DNA of 51,447 nt from an uncultured Spirochaetota bacterium (lineage in GTDB: Bacteria; Spirochaetota; B62-G9; DRHN01), in contig CAZGJW010000004.1 of the NCBI GenBank assembly GCA_964525675.1, positions 1 through 51,447 of the forward strand. The letters are read 5' to 3'. A program made the position numbers and the translations under genes. Below the pieces are notes generated by a model. The model saw only the letters and a program-made list of their open reading frames with translations. It was not told the DNA's origin and searched no databases. The number at the start of each line of letters is the position of its first letter. The first letter of the stretch is position 1. Positions 9,181 to 17,753 of the stretch are shown here, one piece after another.

Positions 9181-9341
9181 GTTCTGTACCTCCTCATCAG
9201 TAAATGTTCTACCTTTATTAAACAAAAAGGGTCGGGTTTTTGTTTCGAAAATTCGAAAAATTGATGAGAAAAAATCGATGAGATACATGCAGGGAAAGTA
9301 TTAGAAAAGGAGGGTCAACGAGGAAATCCATCGAAAAACAC

Positions 9342-10208
9342 TCAATCAGAAATATGCTCCAAAAGAACAATATCACCGACAGCGACGACGAGGTCGCGAG
9401 CAATGACCGGGCATTTTGCCTTCAGGAGGAAGAACGTGTGATAGTTTTCTTCGGAGAGGGTTTCGTAGTTGCCCTGGCCCTTTGCGATGATGAGGTCGGC
9501 ATCTGTGAGCTCTTTCTTGAATTCCTCACTGCATTCCTTAACGATCGTGCCTGGTGCGTCGCTTCCATTGTCGATTACACGCACTAAACCGGTTAATCCC
9601 GCCTCCTGCGCATCACTCATGGTTGCATCGTTTAAAACATGGTGGCCCTTTACCACAAACACGACTTTTTCACGAAAAGCCGGAATCTCTTCAATGAGTA
9701 CTCTGTCGAACACGATCTCCCCGGCGTTATCCGCGATATAGAGAATCCGGGACGATTTCTCGACAGCCTGCCTGAAAGATGCGAAATGATTGATTTTGAA
9801 CGGTGTGTGAAGCGTATCCTCTATTATATCGCCCATATGGATGACATCGCTGTTTTTCCGAACGCCGAAATCGATGTTGTTTCCGGCTATCGCGAGACGA
9901 ACGGCGGTTTCAAAACGGTCTTCGGCATCATCGACCAGTTTTTTCATAGAGGCATAGTATTCAAGCGCTTTTTTATTATAGAGGGTTTTGAGCTCCTTAT
10001 AGGGGTCTACATCGCCGGCCATTTTTCGCACGATCCTGTGAATAAGCACTCCGGCATAGGGAGGTGTTCGGTCGAATGGAAGCCGTGCGATCTCCCTGAG
10101 AGCGGCACGAAGTATCTTTTCCCGTAATTCCAGGTCTTTTGTCGCCATTTCAGAAGCCTCAACCGCCTGGCGCGCAAAACACGGGATGCATTCTGTATAT
10201 ATTCTCAT
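9342..10208 (-). CDS. DUF89/ARMT1-like damage-control phosphatase
   Basis: ECIPC, AGNNID, DNAGEIVFD, NDAT and KGQGNYETL motifs; start at MRIYTEC. Confidence 0.88.
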   Translation of the reverse strand: MRIYTECIPCFARQAVEASEMATKDLELREKILRAALREIARLPFDRTPPYAGVLIHRIVRKMAGDVDPYKELKTLYNKKALEYYASMKKLVDDAEDRFETAVRLAIAGNNIDFGVRKNSDVIHMGDIIEDTLHTPFKINHFASFRQAVEKSSRILYIADNAGEIVFDRVLIEEIPAFREKVVFVVKGHHVLNDATMSDAQEAGLTGLVRVIDNGSDAPGTIVKECSEEFKKELTDADLIIAKGQGNYETLSEENYHTFFLLKAKCPVIARDLVVAVGDIVLLEHISD

Positions 10209-10523
10209 TGTACCCCCTGTCGATGGTGGCCCTAACATAGCAAGAAACCGAGAACCTTGCAAATGAAATCAAGCATCATACACGGTTCCGGAAAAATGTC
10301 TGAATGATGAGCAGGGGTGTGATACATGGGGCCTGAAACAAAGAATACGAGTGTTTGATATTAGCAGTATAGTGCAGGAAATTCTACAGTAAAAAATGGG
10401 GACAGGCGTTTCCTATGGACGGACATTTCTTGGATAAGAGGATTTTTCTCGTATAAATTCATCCCGGCAAAAGGCTCACCTTTCGAACACGGATATAACC
10501 GGTGATCGTCAGGGAGACATGTC

Positions 10524-11705
10524 TCAGCCCTGCATAAGATTCAACTTTTCGAACACATCCCTGTAAACGGAGAAATATTCAGACTGAGAAAACTCCTTGA
10601 TCTTGTCTTCAGGAAGCTCGCCGAGGAGCATGTCCATGTACTTGAGTACAGTCGTGATGTTTTTCAGAAGATCAGCATCGATTGCGGCGCTTTCGGCATC
10701 CGCGCTCATGTTTTCAAGCTCCTCCCCTGTAACGCTAACCACCTCTTCGGATTCATCTGCTTCTTCAATGATTGTCTCAAGGTCGAAGTCTTCATTGAGG
10801 ATCTTCTCTTCCTCCTGATCGAGCGTGATTTCTCCTTCGAAACCAAGATCCTCGGCTTCGCCTGCAGTCTCCTCTGCTTCAAACATCTGTGCCGGTTCTT
10901 CGGGGATTATCATTTCTTCCCCGCCGGGCTCCATCAGCGTTACATCTTCTTCACCGATGCCTTCCTCAGCTGCTTGTTCTGACGGAGCTACTCCTGATAG
11001 CAGTTCCTCTGAGGCAAGCTCTTCCTCGACATCTTCGAGAGATATCTCCTCTGAAAAGGCCTCTTCTGACAAAGCCTCCTCTTCAAGGTCTTCGATCAAT
11101 GGGCCTTCCTGCATCTCTCCCGATTCCATCTCCAGTGACACTTCTTCCTCTTCCCCGAGAACAGGCGGTTCAACGAGTTCTTCTTCACCCTCCAGATCAA
11201 GAGAATCGAGGTCTATTTCAGTTTCAACGGAATCAAGGTATGAGTCCAGGTCCACTTCTTCATCGATCCCCGCTTTAAGCTGTATACCTCCGGTGTCGGT
11301 ACCTTCTACCCTCTCCGGAATTTCTGCAACTACTTCTTCAATACCGGTAATCTCGGAAATCTCAGGCTCTTCTCCAAGCTCGCCCTCAAGTTCCTCGGTA
11401 AAGGATTCAAGGTCTGTTTCTTCAAGCTCGATTTTTTCGAGATCTTCGGCCGTCAACTCATCAATTTCGCCGGATATATCGAATTCTTCCTCTTCCGGAG
11501 TTTCTACAGTCGGCTCTTCTTCTAAAGAAGGTGGTCCCTCGGCATCGATTTCAGGAGCTTCAACGGGTTTCGTCCCCTTTTTTTCATCCACTATTTCCGC
11601 TTCGGAAAGGATGTCGTTGATCTCATCTTTTGAAAGGGCGATAGTTTCATCCTCGTCTACCTGGTCGTCAAAGGGTGAAGATGCTTTTTCTTCGTTATCA
11701 CTCAT
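10524..11705 (-). CDS. Highly acidic low-complexity protein with helical C-terminal domain (spirochaete-type hypothetical)
   Basis: About 39% E/D in the first ~135 residues by hand count; ordered tail LKYMDMLLGELPEDKIKEFSQSEYFSVYRDVFEKL; GGGGA SD before ATG at 11705. Confidence 0.85.
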   Translation of the reverse strand: MSDNEEKASSPFDDQVDEDETIALSKDEINDILSEAEIVDEKKGTKPVEAPEIDAEGPPSLEEEPTVETPEEEEFDISGEIDELTAEDLEKIELEETDLESFTEELEGELGEEPEISEITGIEEVVAEIPERVEGTDTGGIQLKAGIDEEVDLDSYLDSVETEIDLDSLDLEGEEELVEPPVLGEEEEVSLEMESGEMQEGPLIEDLEEEALSEEAFSEEISLEDVEEELASEELLSGVAPSEQAAEEGIGEEDVTLMEPGGEEMIIPEEPAQMFEAEETAGEAEDLGFEGEITLDQEEEKILNEDFDLETIIEEADESEEVVSVTGEELENMSADAESAAIDADLLKNITTVLKYMDMLLGELPEDKIKEFSQSEYFSVYRDVFEKLNLMQG

Positions 11706-11811
11706 GTAATTCCCCCGCAAAAAGCTAATTACTTCTGCCGACTAGTATATAATCTAGTATATAGTATTAAATATAAAAATCCAGTAAAATACGCACGTAG
11801 GAATATTTTTT

Positions 11812-12198
11812 CTATCTGATAATAACATAATCCCTTAACTTTTCAAGTTTTTTTACACCTATTCCACTCACCCCGATGAGGTCGTCCACACGTGTAAAAT
11901 CACCGTTTTTACTCCTGTATTCTATGATATGAAGTGCAGTTTCCCTCCCTACACCGGGAAGACGCATAATCAGGTCGATATCCGCGCTGTTGATATCTAT
12001 TTTCTGTACTGCAGAGGTATCAACAGTTGCTGTCGATTCCCGGGTATCTGTATCGGTGTAATGGGTTGAAGAGCGGGAGTCTGATAAATTGATGTTGATA
12101 TATTTTTGATAGAACCTGTATCTGCCTAGCGATAGGAAAAGCAGGCCCAGCGCAAAAAGCGCAAAAAGGGCATAGAGCACGATAAATTTCCTTTTCAT
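11812..12198 (-). CDS. comEA: ComEA-family helix-hairpin-helix DNA receptor
   Basis: N-terminal TM; KIDINSA...LPGVG...A..II.YR..NG.F....DL..VSGIG. Confidence 0.85.
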   Translation of the reverse strand: MKRKFIVLYALFALFALGLLFLSLGRYRFYQKYININLSDSRSSTHYTDTDTRESTATVDTSAVQKIDINSADIDLIMRLPGVGRETALHIIEYRSKNGDFTRVDDLIGVSGIGVKKLEKLRDYVIIR

Positions 12199-12206
12199 GG
12201 CGGTAT

Positions 12207-12235
12207 ATAGTACCCTAATATGTCAGAAATGTCAA
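12207..12235 (-). promoter_or_regulatory. sigma70 promoter of comEA (probably leaderless transcript)
   Basis: TTGACA-17 nt-TACTAT, ending 8 nt before the ATG; no SD. Confidence 0.65.
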
Positions 12236-12286
12236 AAAAAAATTATCTTGCCTTTTGAGCCACCGTATTTATTATAAAAGTAGTAC

Positions 12287-13417
12287 ATGGATAATCAAAA
12301 ATCTGCCATACTCATAGGTGTAAATACAGACAAGAGAAACGACGTAGATCGCGAATTGTCCCTTGAAGAGCTTTCCCTCCTCGCAGAAACCGCCGGGTTT
12401 ATTACAGGGGCGAAACTTATTCAGCACAGAGAAAAGATAGATGCCGCATGGTATGTGGGTGAGGGGAAGGCCCGGGAGATACGGCATATCGTGCGGGAAC
12501 ACAGCGCCGAAGCGGTCATCTTCGATTTCGAGCTCTCCCCGGTTCAGCTCAGAAATCTCGAGCGCGTTATCAAGCGCAGAGTGATTACGAGGACTGAAAT
12601 CATTTTAGAAATATTCGAGAAACGGGCCAGAACAAAGGAGGCAAAACTACAGGTAGAGCTTGCGACCCTCGTTTACTCACTTCCGCGATTGCGGCATATG
12701 TGGCCGCATCTGAACAGAATCGAAGGAGGAATCGGCATGCGGGGCCCCGGTGAGAAGCAGCTCGAGATGGACCGGCGCCGCATATCCAGGCGAATCACCA
12801 AGATAAAGAGAGACCTCGTCTCGGTCGGCAAACACCGCATGGTCATTCGAAAGAACAGGCAGTATAAAAATAGGGTTGCGCTTGTGGGGTACACCAACGC
12901 CGGTAAATCATCACTTCTCAATGCCCTCTCGCACTCCAGCCTGTACACCGAAAGCAGGCTCTTCGCCACTCTTGATCCGGCGACGCGCGAGGTCTGGCTC
13001 GGTGACGGCATGAAGGCGCTCGTTACCGATACCGTTGGTTTTATAAAGAGGCTGCCGCATACCCTTATCGCCTCATTCCGGTCCACACTCGAGGAGGTAA
13101 AGGAGGCGGATATTCTCCTCCATGTTGTCGATATTTCGAGCCCTGATGCAGCAGAGAGAATTAAAGCGGTGAACGATGTGCTTGCGCAGATTTCGGGAGA
13201 ATCCATGCCGGTATACTACGTGTTCAGCAAGGCCGATCTTCTGTCAGGCAGGGATGTCAAGGCCTCTCTTCTCAGCCGATTCCGGGACAATGCTGTTGTA
13301 TCCGCAAAAACGGGGGAGGGGCTGGATTATCTGAAGCATACCCTCTGCCTGTATTTTCAGGAACTGTCCCGTAAGCGGTATGAAGTGGCTTTCAGCCGCC
13401 AGGAGGTGTATGAGTAG
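12287..13417 (+). CDS. hflX: GTPase HflX
   Basis: EAKLQVELA, GPGEKQLEMDRR, GYTNAGKS, LFATLDP, DTVGFI. Confidence 0.96.
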   Translation: MDNQKSAILIGVNTDKRNDVDRELSLEELSLLAETAGFITGAKLIQHREKIDAAWYVGEGKAREIRHIVREHSAEAVIFDFELSPVQLRNLERVIKRRVITRTEIILEIFEKRARTKEAKLQVELATLVYSLPRLRHMWPHLNRIEGGIGMRGPGEKQLEMDRRRISRRITKIKRDLVSVGKHRMVIRKNRQYKNRVALVGYTNAGKSSLLNALSHSSLYTESRLFATLDPATREVWLGDGMKALVTDTVGFIKRLPHTLIASFRSTLEEVKEADILLHVVDISSPDAAERIKAVNDVLAQISGESMPVYYVFSKADLLSGRDVKASLLSRFRDNAVVSAKTGEGLDYLKHTLCLYFQELSRKRYEVAFSRQEVYE

Positions 13418-13431
13418 ACTCAATTCCTAAA

Positions 13432-15060
13432 ATGCGCCCCTCAATCCGCTTTATACATATACTGGTATTTTCACTGAAGAATATGGAAAGTGGCGTATGC
13501 CGTTTCGCTTCCGAGTATCAAAAAGTAACTTGTTCGAAGTTACTTAGAAGGCTCACCTTTCCGCAGAAACTCGCCCTTATCTCTGTTTTTTCCGGCACTC
13601 TTACCGCAGCTCTGTCATATACGTTGATCCCTGTCCGGTTATATACCCTGAGTATTATTCTCTGCGGCGTTGCGGTTGCCGCATCCGCCGCTGCGATACT
13701 ATTAAAACAAAAAAGCGAACAAGTGCCGGTGTACATGGTGATCTTTTTTCTGCTCTGTGCGTACTCGCTGTACAGATATGCGCCGGATTTTTTTCCCTTC
13801 GGTGAGCGTGTCCGCCTCACCTTCAAGATTACAACCTATCCCGTATTCAGGCGAAATGCGTTCATCTTTGATGCCCGTGTGCTGCGGATAGAAGCCCCGG
13901 AAGTCGGGGATTCAGGGTATTATACAGGGATTGCCGGGAAAAAGGTGCATGCGCGTGTTGGCGGTTTCGCGTCAGGGATAAAAAGAGGTGATGCCGTGGC
14001 GCTTAACGGGATGTTTTTTGCTATTCCTGACGGGGGGTTCGGTTCCTACGGCGGATACCTTCGGTCGACCGGTGCAAGGGCACTATTCGAGGGATACACT
14101 GCCGGGGGATTGGTTCAGAAGCGGCCTTTCGGATTCTCTCCGGTGATGCTTGCTGGCATGCTGAGAGACTATATTCTGAGAGTGAACAAAAGGGTTCTTC
14201 CCTTTCCACAAAACGAATTTGCATCCGCTCTTTTAACCGGCGACAGGAGCAGGCTGCCCCGGCACATGACCGATGCGTTCAGAAAGAGCGGTACCATGCA
14301 CATCCTGGCAGTATCGGGCCTTCATATCGGGTATTTGGTGATTTTTATTTTTTTCATCCTCCGCTTATTCAGACTGAACAGAGTAGTTGTATATGTGCTT
14401 CTCGGCATCTTCGTTCTGTTCTTTATGATGTTCGTCGGAGAAAAACCATCGGTGCGGAGGGCGGCCTGTATGACGCTCTGCGGGATTTTCTGCTACATAT
14501 TCGATAGAGATAAAAATTACCTCAATGCCCTTGCGCTTGCGTTCTTTATTCTCTGGTTTATCAATCCGCTCTCGATTGAGAATCCCGGTTTTCTGCTCTC
14601 GTTCTGCGCTGTTTTCGGCATTCTTTTCATTACAGGGCCGCTGTATAAAAAGCTCAGGATGTACATGCCGGGGTTTCTTGCCGGGTCGATAGCGGCAAGC
14701 GCTGCAGTGCAGGTGTATATCTTTCCTGTCATGACCGCCTTCTTTCAGGAATTTCCGTACATCAATATCATTGCGAACATCCCCATCGTGCCGCTTGCGG
14801 GCGTCTCACTCGCCCTGGAGGCGGCAACGCTCGTTCTGTATCCGGTTATTCTTCCTGCCTCACTGCTTCTGGCTGAGGTGAATACAGTCGTGATTGCCAC
14901 AATGTTCCGCCTTGCCAGGCTTTTTGCCGGGGTGCCGACTATTTCGATACCCAGCTTCCCTGCTGCATTTATACCTTTGTACCTTCTTGCAGTCAGTATT
15001 CTGCTGCTTCCTATGGCAGTTCGGAAAGATGAGGGCTCGGTGGGTATAGCCCAAACCTGA
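13432..15060 (+). CDS. comEC: ComEC/Rec2 competence channel (no metallo-beta-lactamase domain)
   Basis: ALLTGDRS, SGTMHILAVSGLHI, PSVRRA, NP......GF.LSF; start codon uncertain. Confidence 0.9.
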   Translation: MRPSIRFIHILVFSLKNMESGVCRFASEYQKVTCSKLLRRLTFPQKLALISVFSGTLTAALSYTLIPVRLYTLSIILCGVAVAASAAAILLKQKSEQVPVYMVIFFLLCAYSLYRYAPDFFPFGERVRLTFKITTYPVFRRNAFIFDARVLRIEAPEVGDSGYYTGIAGKKVHARVGGFASGIKRGDAVALNGMFFAIPDGGFGSYGGYLRSTGARALFEGYTAGGLVQKRPFGFSPVMLAGMLRDYILRVNKRVLPFPQNEFASALLTGDRSRLPRHMTDAFRKSGTMHILAVSGLHIGYLVIFIFFILRLFRLNRVVVYVLLGIFVLFFMMFVGEKPSVRRAACMTLCGIFCYIFDRDKNYLNALALAFFILWFINPLSIENPGFLLSFCAVFGILFITGPLYKKLRMYMPGFLAGSIAASAAVQVYIFPVMTAFFQEFPYINIIANIPIVPLAGVSLALEAATLVLYPVILPASLLLAEVNTVVIATMFRLARLFAGVPTISIPSFPAAFIPLYLLAVSILLLPMAVRKDEGSVGIAQT

Positions 15061-15267
15061 AGTTTTGAGAAGTTTCGAGTTAGGCGCCCTGTTTTTCTGG
15101 CTCTACGTTGTCAAATAGCGAGTTTCAACAAACAAGACGAGATATACTTTTTAAACAAGGATAGTATGAAAATAGTATGAGCAAAACAGCCCAATATTTT
15201 CATAATCTTTTATAATCATGTGCTGAATTCAGATAATAAATTTTGCCTTGACAAACGTAAATTATTT

Positions 15268-15308
15268 GATAATATGATAGCGTTGTCAGACAACGGTATC
15301 ATATTATC
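15268..15308. promoter_or_regulatory. 41 bp palindrome containing two LacI-type operators, overlapping a sigma70 promoter
   Basis: GATAATATGATA-GCGTTGTC-A-GACAACGG-TATCATATTATC (1 mismatch). TTGACA at 15248-15253 and TATGAT at 15273-15278 (19 nt spacer). Confidence 0.75.
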
Positions 15309-15455
15309 TTTTAAAATGTTTTCTATAATCAACGAATATATTTTTTCAAACTTTGTTTCTAGTTAATTTCAATAATTAATTTTTGAAATACTAAATAGAA
15401 AAGTAAATAAGTTACTACACAATAAAAAGCAAACTGTGGATATAACGAAAAAATA

Positions 15456-16487
15456 ATGAAAAGACATACTTTACAAGATATTTCTAAAATTGCAGGAGTT
15501 TCTCTCAAAACAGTATCAAGAGTAGTGAACAATGAAAAATATGTAAAAAAAGAAACAAGAGAAAAAGTACTGAAAATATTAAAAAAATATGATTATCACC
15601 AAAATATTCCTGCTCGCAGCCTTATTTTAAACAGAACCCATACATTAGGTTTGATTGTACCCAATTTAGAAAACCCATTCTATTCGAGATTATCAAGAGG
15701 TGTGATTCAAACGGCTGAAAAAAATAATTATAGTGTCATAGTATGTGAATCGAAATTCGACGTATCAGTTGGGGAAAAGTATCTAAGGATGCTCATTGGA
15801 AGAGGAGTGGATGGATTACTGATTGCGACTCTTGATTTGAATGATGTACTCGTTAAAAAATTGAATAAGATGAAAATGTGTTTTGTAATAATGACATGCA
15901 GGCTTGATATTACAGGAATAAATTATGTTATTGCTGATGATTATAAAGCTGGAAAAAAAGTTGTGGAATATCTTATTGAGCTTGGGCATAAAAATATAGT
16001 TTTTTTGAAAGGGCCCGATGTCTATTCTTCAAATGAACGATTTGTGGCATATAAAGATGTTATGGAAGAAAACAATTTAGAAATGAAGGATTACTTTATA
16101 ACTGAAAATGCCTTAGATAAAAGAAATGCATATGAAATTACTTTAAACCTTCTTAAAAAACATTTTGACGTCACTGCAATAGTGGCAAATAATGACTATG
16201 CAGCTCTAGGGTCTATAAAAGCAATACAAGAATTAAGTTTATCCATCCCAGGGCATATTTCAATTATTGGTTATGATGACATAGATATTGCAGAATTATT
16301 GAATGTCCCATTAACAACCGTACATTATCCAAAGTTAAGGTGTGGCATAATAGCAACTGAAAGATTGATTGACATTCTTGACAATGAAAAGTCCAGTAGA
16401 GGTAAAAGGATTATTTTAGAAACTGAATTTATTGAACGAAAATCTTGTGGACCTGTAAGGGTTGATGACAGTAGAAATTATCAATGA
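15456..16487 (+). CDS. LacI-family transcriptional regulator
   Basis: TLQDISKIAGVSLKTVSRVVN HTH; LTTVHYP in the sugar-binding domain. Confidence 0.95.
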   Translation: MKRHTLQDISKIAGVSLKTVSRVVNNEKYVKKETREKVLKILKKYDYHQNIPARSLILNRTHTLGLIVPNLENPFYSRLSRGVIQTAEKNNYSVIVCESKFDVSVGEKYLRMLIGRGVDGLLIATLDLNDVLVKKLNKMKMCFVIMTCRLDITGINYVIADDYKAGKKVVEYLIELGHKNIVFLKGPDVYSSNERFVAYKDVMEENNLEMKDYFITENALDKRNAYEITLNLLKKHFDVTAIVANNDYAALGSIKAIQELSLSIPGHISIIGYDDIDIAELLNVPLTTVHYPKLRCGIIATERLIDILDNEKSSRGKRIILETEFIERKSCGPVRVDDSRNYQ

Positions 16488-16518
16488 ATGAAGTAACGTA
16501 ATAATTGAGGGACAGAGG

Positions 16519-17706
16519 ATGAAAAAATATAATGACCCACAATTTGTAGCTACACACGCATTAGATATTATTGAATTCTATAAACCTTTTGTTAAAGACG
16601 ATGAAAATGGGGGATACTACTGTGCTTACCTTGATAATGGTGAAGTTTATGATAAGGACATAAAAGATCTTGTGAGCATAACGCGCTTCATATTAAATTT
16701 TTGTTTTGGGCTTTTTATGAAAGGTCATCGTGAATATAAGGATTATATAAGATATGGTCTTGAATTTTTAGAAATAGTACTTAAAGACAAAATAAATGGT
16801 GGATATCATCAGTTAGCACAGGGGTATACACCTATTATTGGTAATAAAATGACCTATGGCCAGGCATTCTATCTTTGTGCCGTAAGCAATGCATATAAAG
16901 CTGGTATAGGAGAGGCTTATCCTCTTATTGAGGATATATATAATTTTATGGAGAAAACTCTATGGGATTCACAGTACGAGCTGTATGTCGATGAATGTTC
17001 GAATGATTTTCAGGTCATTGATCCGTATAGGGGGCAAAACTGCAACATGCATATGGCAGAGGCCATGCTGGCGGCATTTGAGGCAACAAGGGAGAGAAGG
17101 TATCTTGATAGAGCATATACATTAGCTCATAAAATAACCGTCGAGCTTGCAAAGAAATGTAACGGTATGATATGGGAGCATTATAAAACTAATTGGGAGA
17201 TAGATTGGGCGTATAACAAGGAAGATCCAAAAAATCTTTATAAACCGTATGGGTTTTTACCGGGACATTTTGCAGAGTGGAGTAAGTTATTACTTGTATT
17301 GGAGCGATATAAACCAGAAGATTGGCAATTGAAAGTTGCAGAGCATCTTTTCAATAAAGCCATTGATTTTGGATGGGATAAAGAGAATGGAGGCTTTAAT
17401 TATACTTTTGATAAAGAAGTACAAATTCTTGATACGGATAGATACTATTGGGTATTTGCTGAAACCCTGGCCAGTTCCGCAATTTTAGCACTTAGAACAG
17501 GCAATCAGGATTATTGGAAGATTTATACTGAATGTTGGGAATATTCAGAAAAATATTTCTTGGACCACACCTTTGGAGGTTGGTATCGAATTTTATCAAA
17601 AGATAAAAAGCCATTAAGTAATAAGAAATCTCCACCGGGGAAAACTGATTATCATGTTATAGGGGCATGTCATGAAATTGTAAGATCTATTGAATATTAT
17701 CAATAA
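16519..17706 (+). CDS. AGE-family epimerase/isomerase, D-mannose isomerase-like
   Basis: YRGQNCNMHMAEAMLAAFEAT, PYGFLPGHFAEWSKLL, KSPPGKTDYH motifs. Confidence 0.85.
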   Translation: MKKYNDPQFVATHALDIIEFYKPFVKDDENGGYYCAYLDNGEVYDKDIKDLVSITRFILNFCFGLFMKGHREYKDYIRYGLEFLEIVLKDKINGGYHQLAQGYTPIIGNKMTYGQAFYLCAVSNAYKAGIGEAYPLIEDIYNFMEKTLWDSQYELYVDECSNDFQVIDPYRGQNCNMHMAEAMLAAFEATRERRYLDRAYTLAHKITVELAKKCNGMIWEHYKTNWEIDWAYNKEDPKNLYKPYGFLPGHFAEWSKLLLVLERYKPEDWQLKVAEHLFNKAIDFGWDKENGGFNYTFDKEVQILDTDRYYWVFAETLASSAILALRTGNQDYWKIYTECWEYSEKYFLDHTFGGWYRILSKDKKPLSNKKSPPGKTDYHVIGACHEIVRSIEYYQ

Positions 17707-17753
17707 AAATTATGGATCGTGGTAAAGATGATGAAAATCAAGGGATAGTAATA

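Noticed and set aside
10825-11709. 294 aa Ser-rich ORF on the plus strand
   Set aside because: Antisense shadow of the Glu-rich gene (GAA/GAG codons read as TTC/CTC/TCx); no independent signals.
11742-11763. CTAGTATATA direct repeat x2 upstream of the acidic protein
   Set aside because: Short, AT-rich and single locus; cannot be distinguished from chance or promoter sequence.
13200-13240. HflX G4 motif SKAD instead of NKxD (and Lgt NGDAHG instead of NGExxG)
   Set aside because: Single substitutions in otherwise intact proteins; functional significance cannot be supported from sequence alone.
13432-15060. comEC truncated by the island insertion (missing MBL domain)
   Set aside because: No MBL remnant follows the stop, and ComEC proteins without that domain are a known natural form.
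15079-15085. Integron core site GTTAGGC at the island's left edge
   Set aside because: No matching RYYYAAC inverse core, attC structure, cassette array or integrase; a 7-mer is expected by chance.
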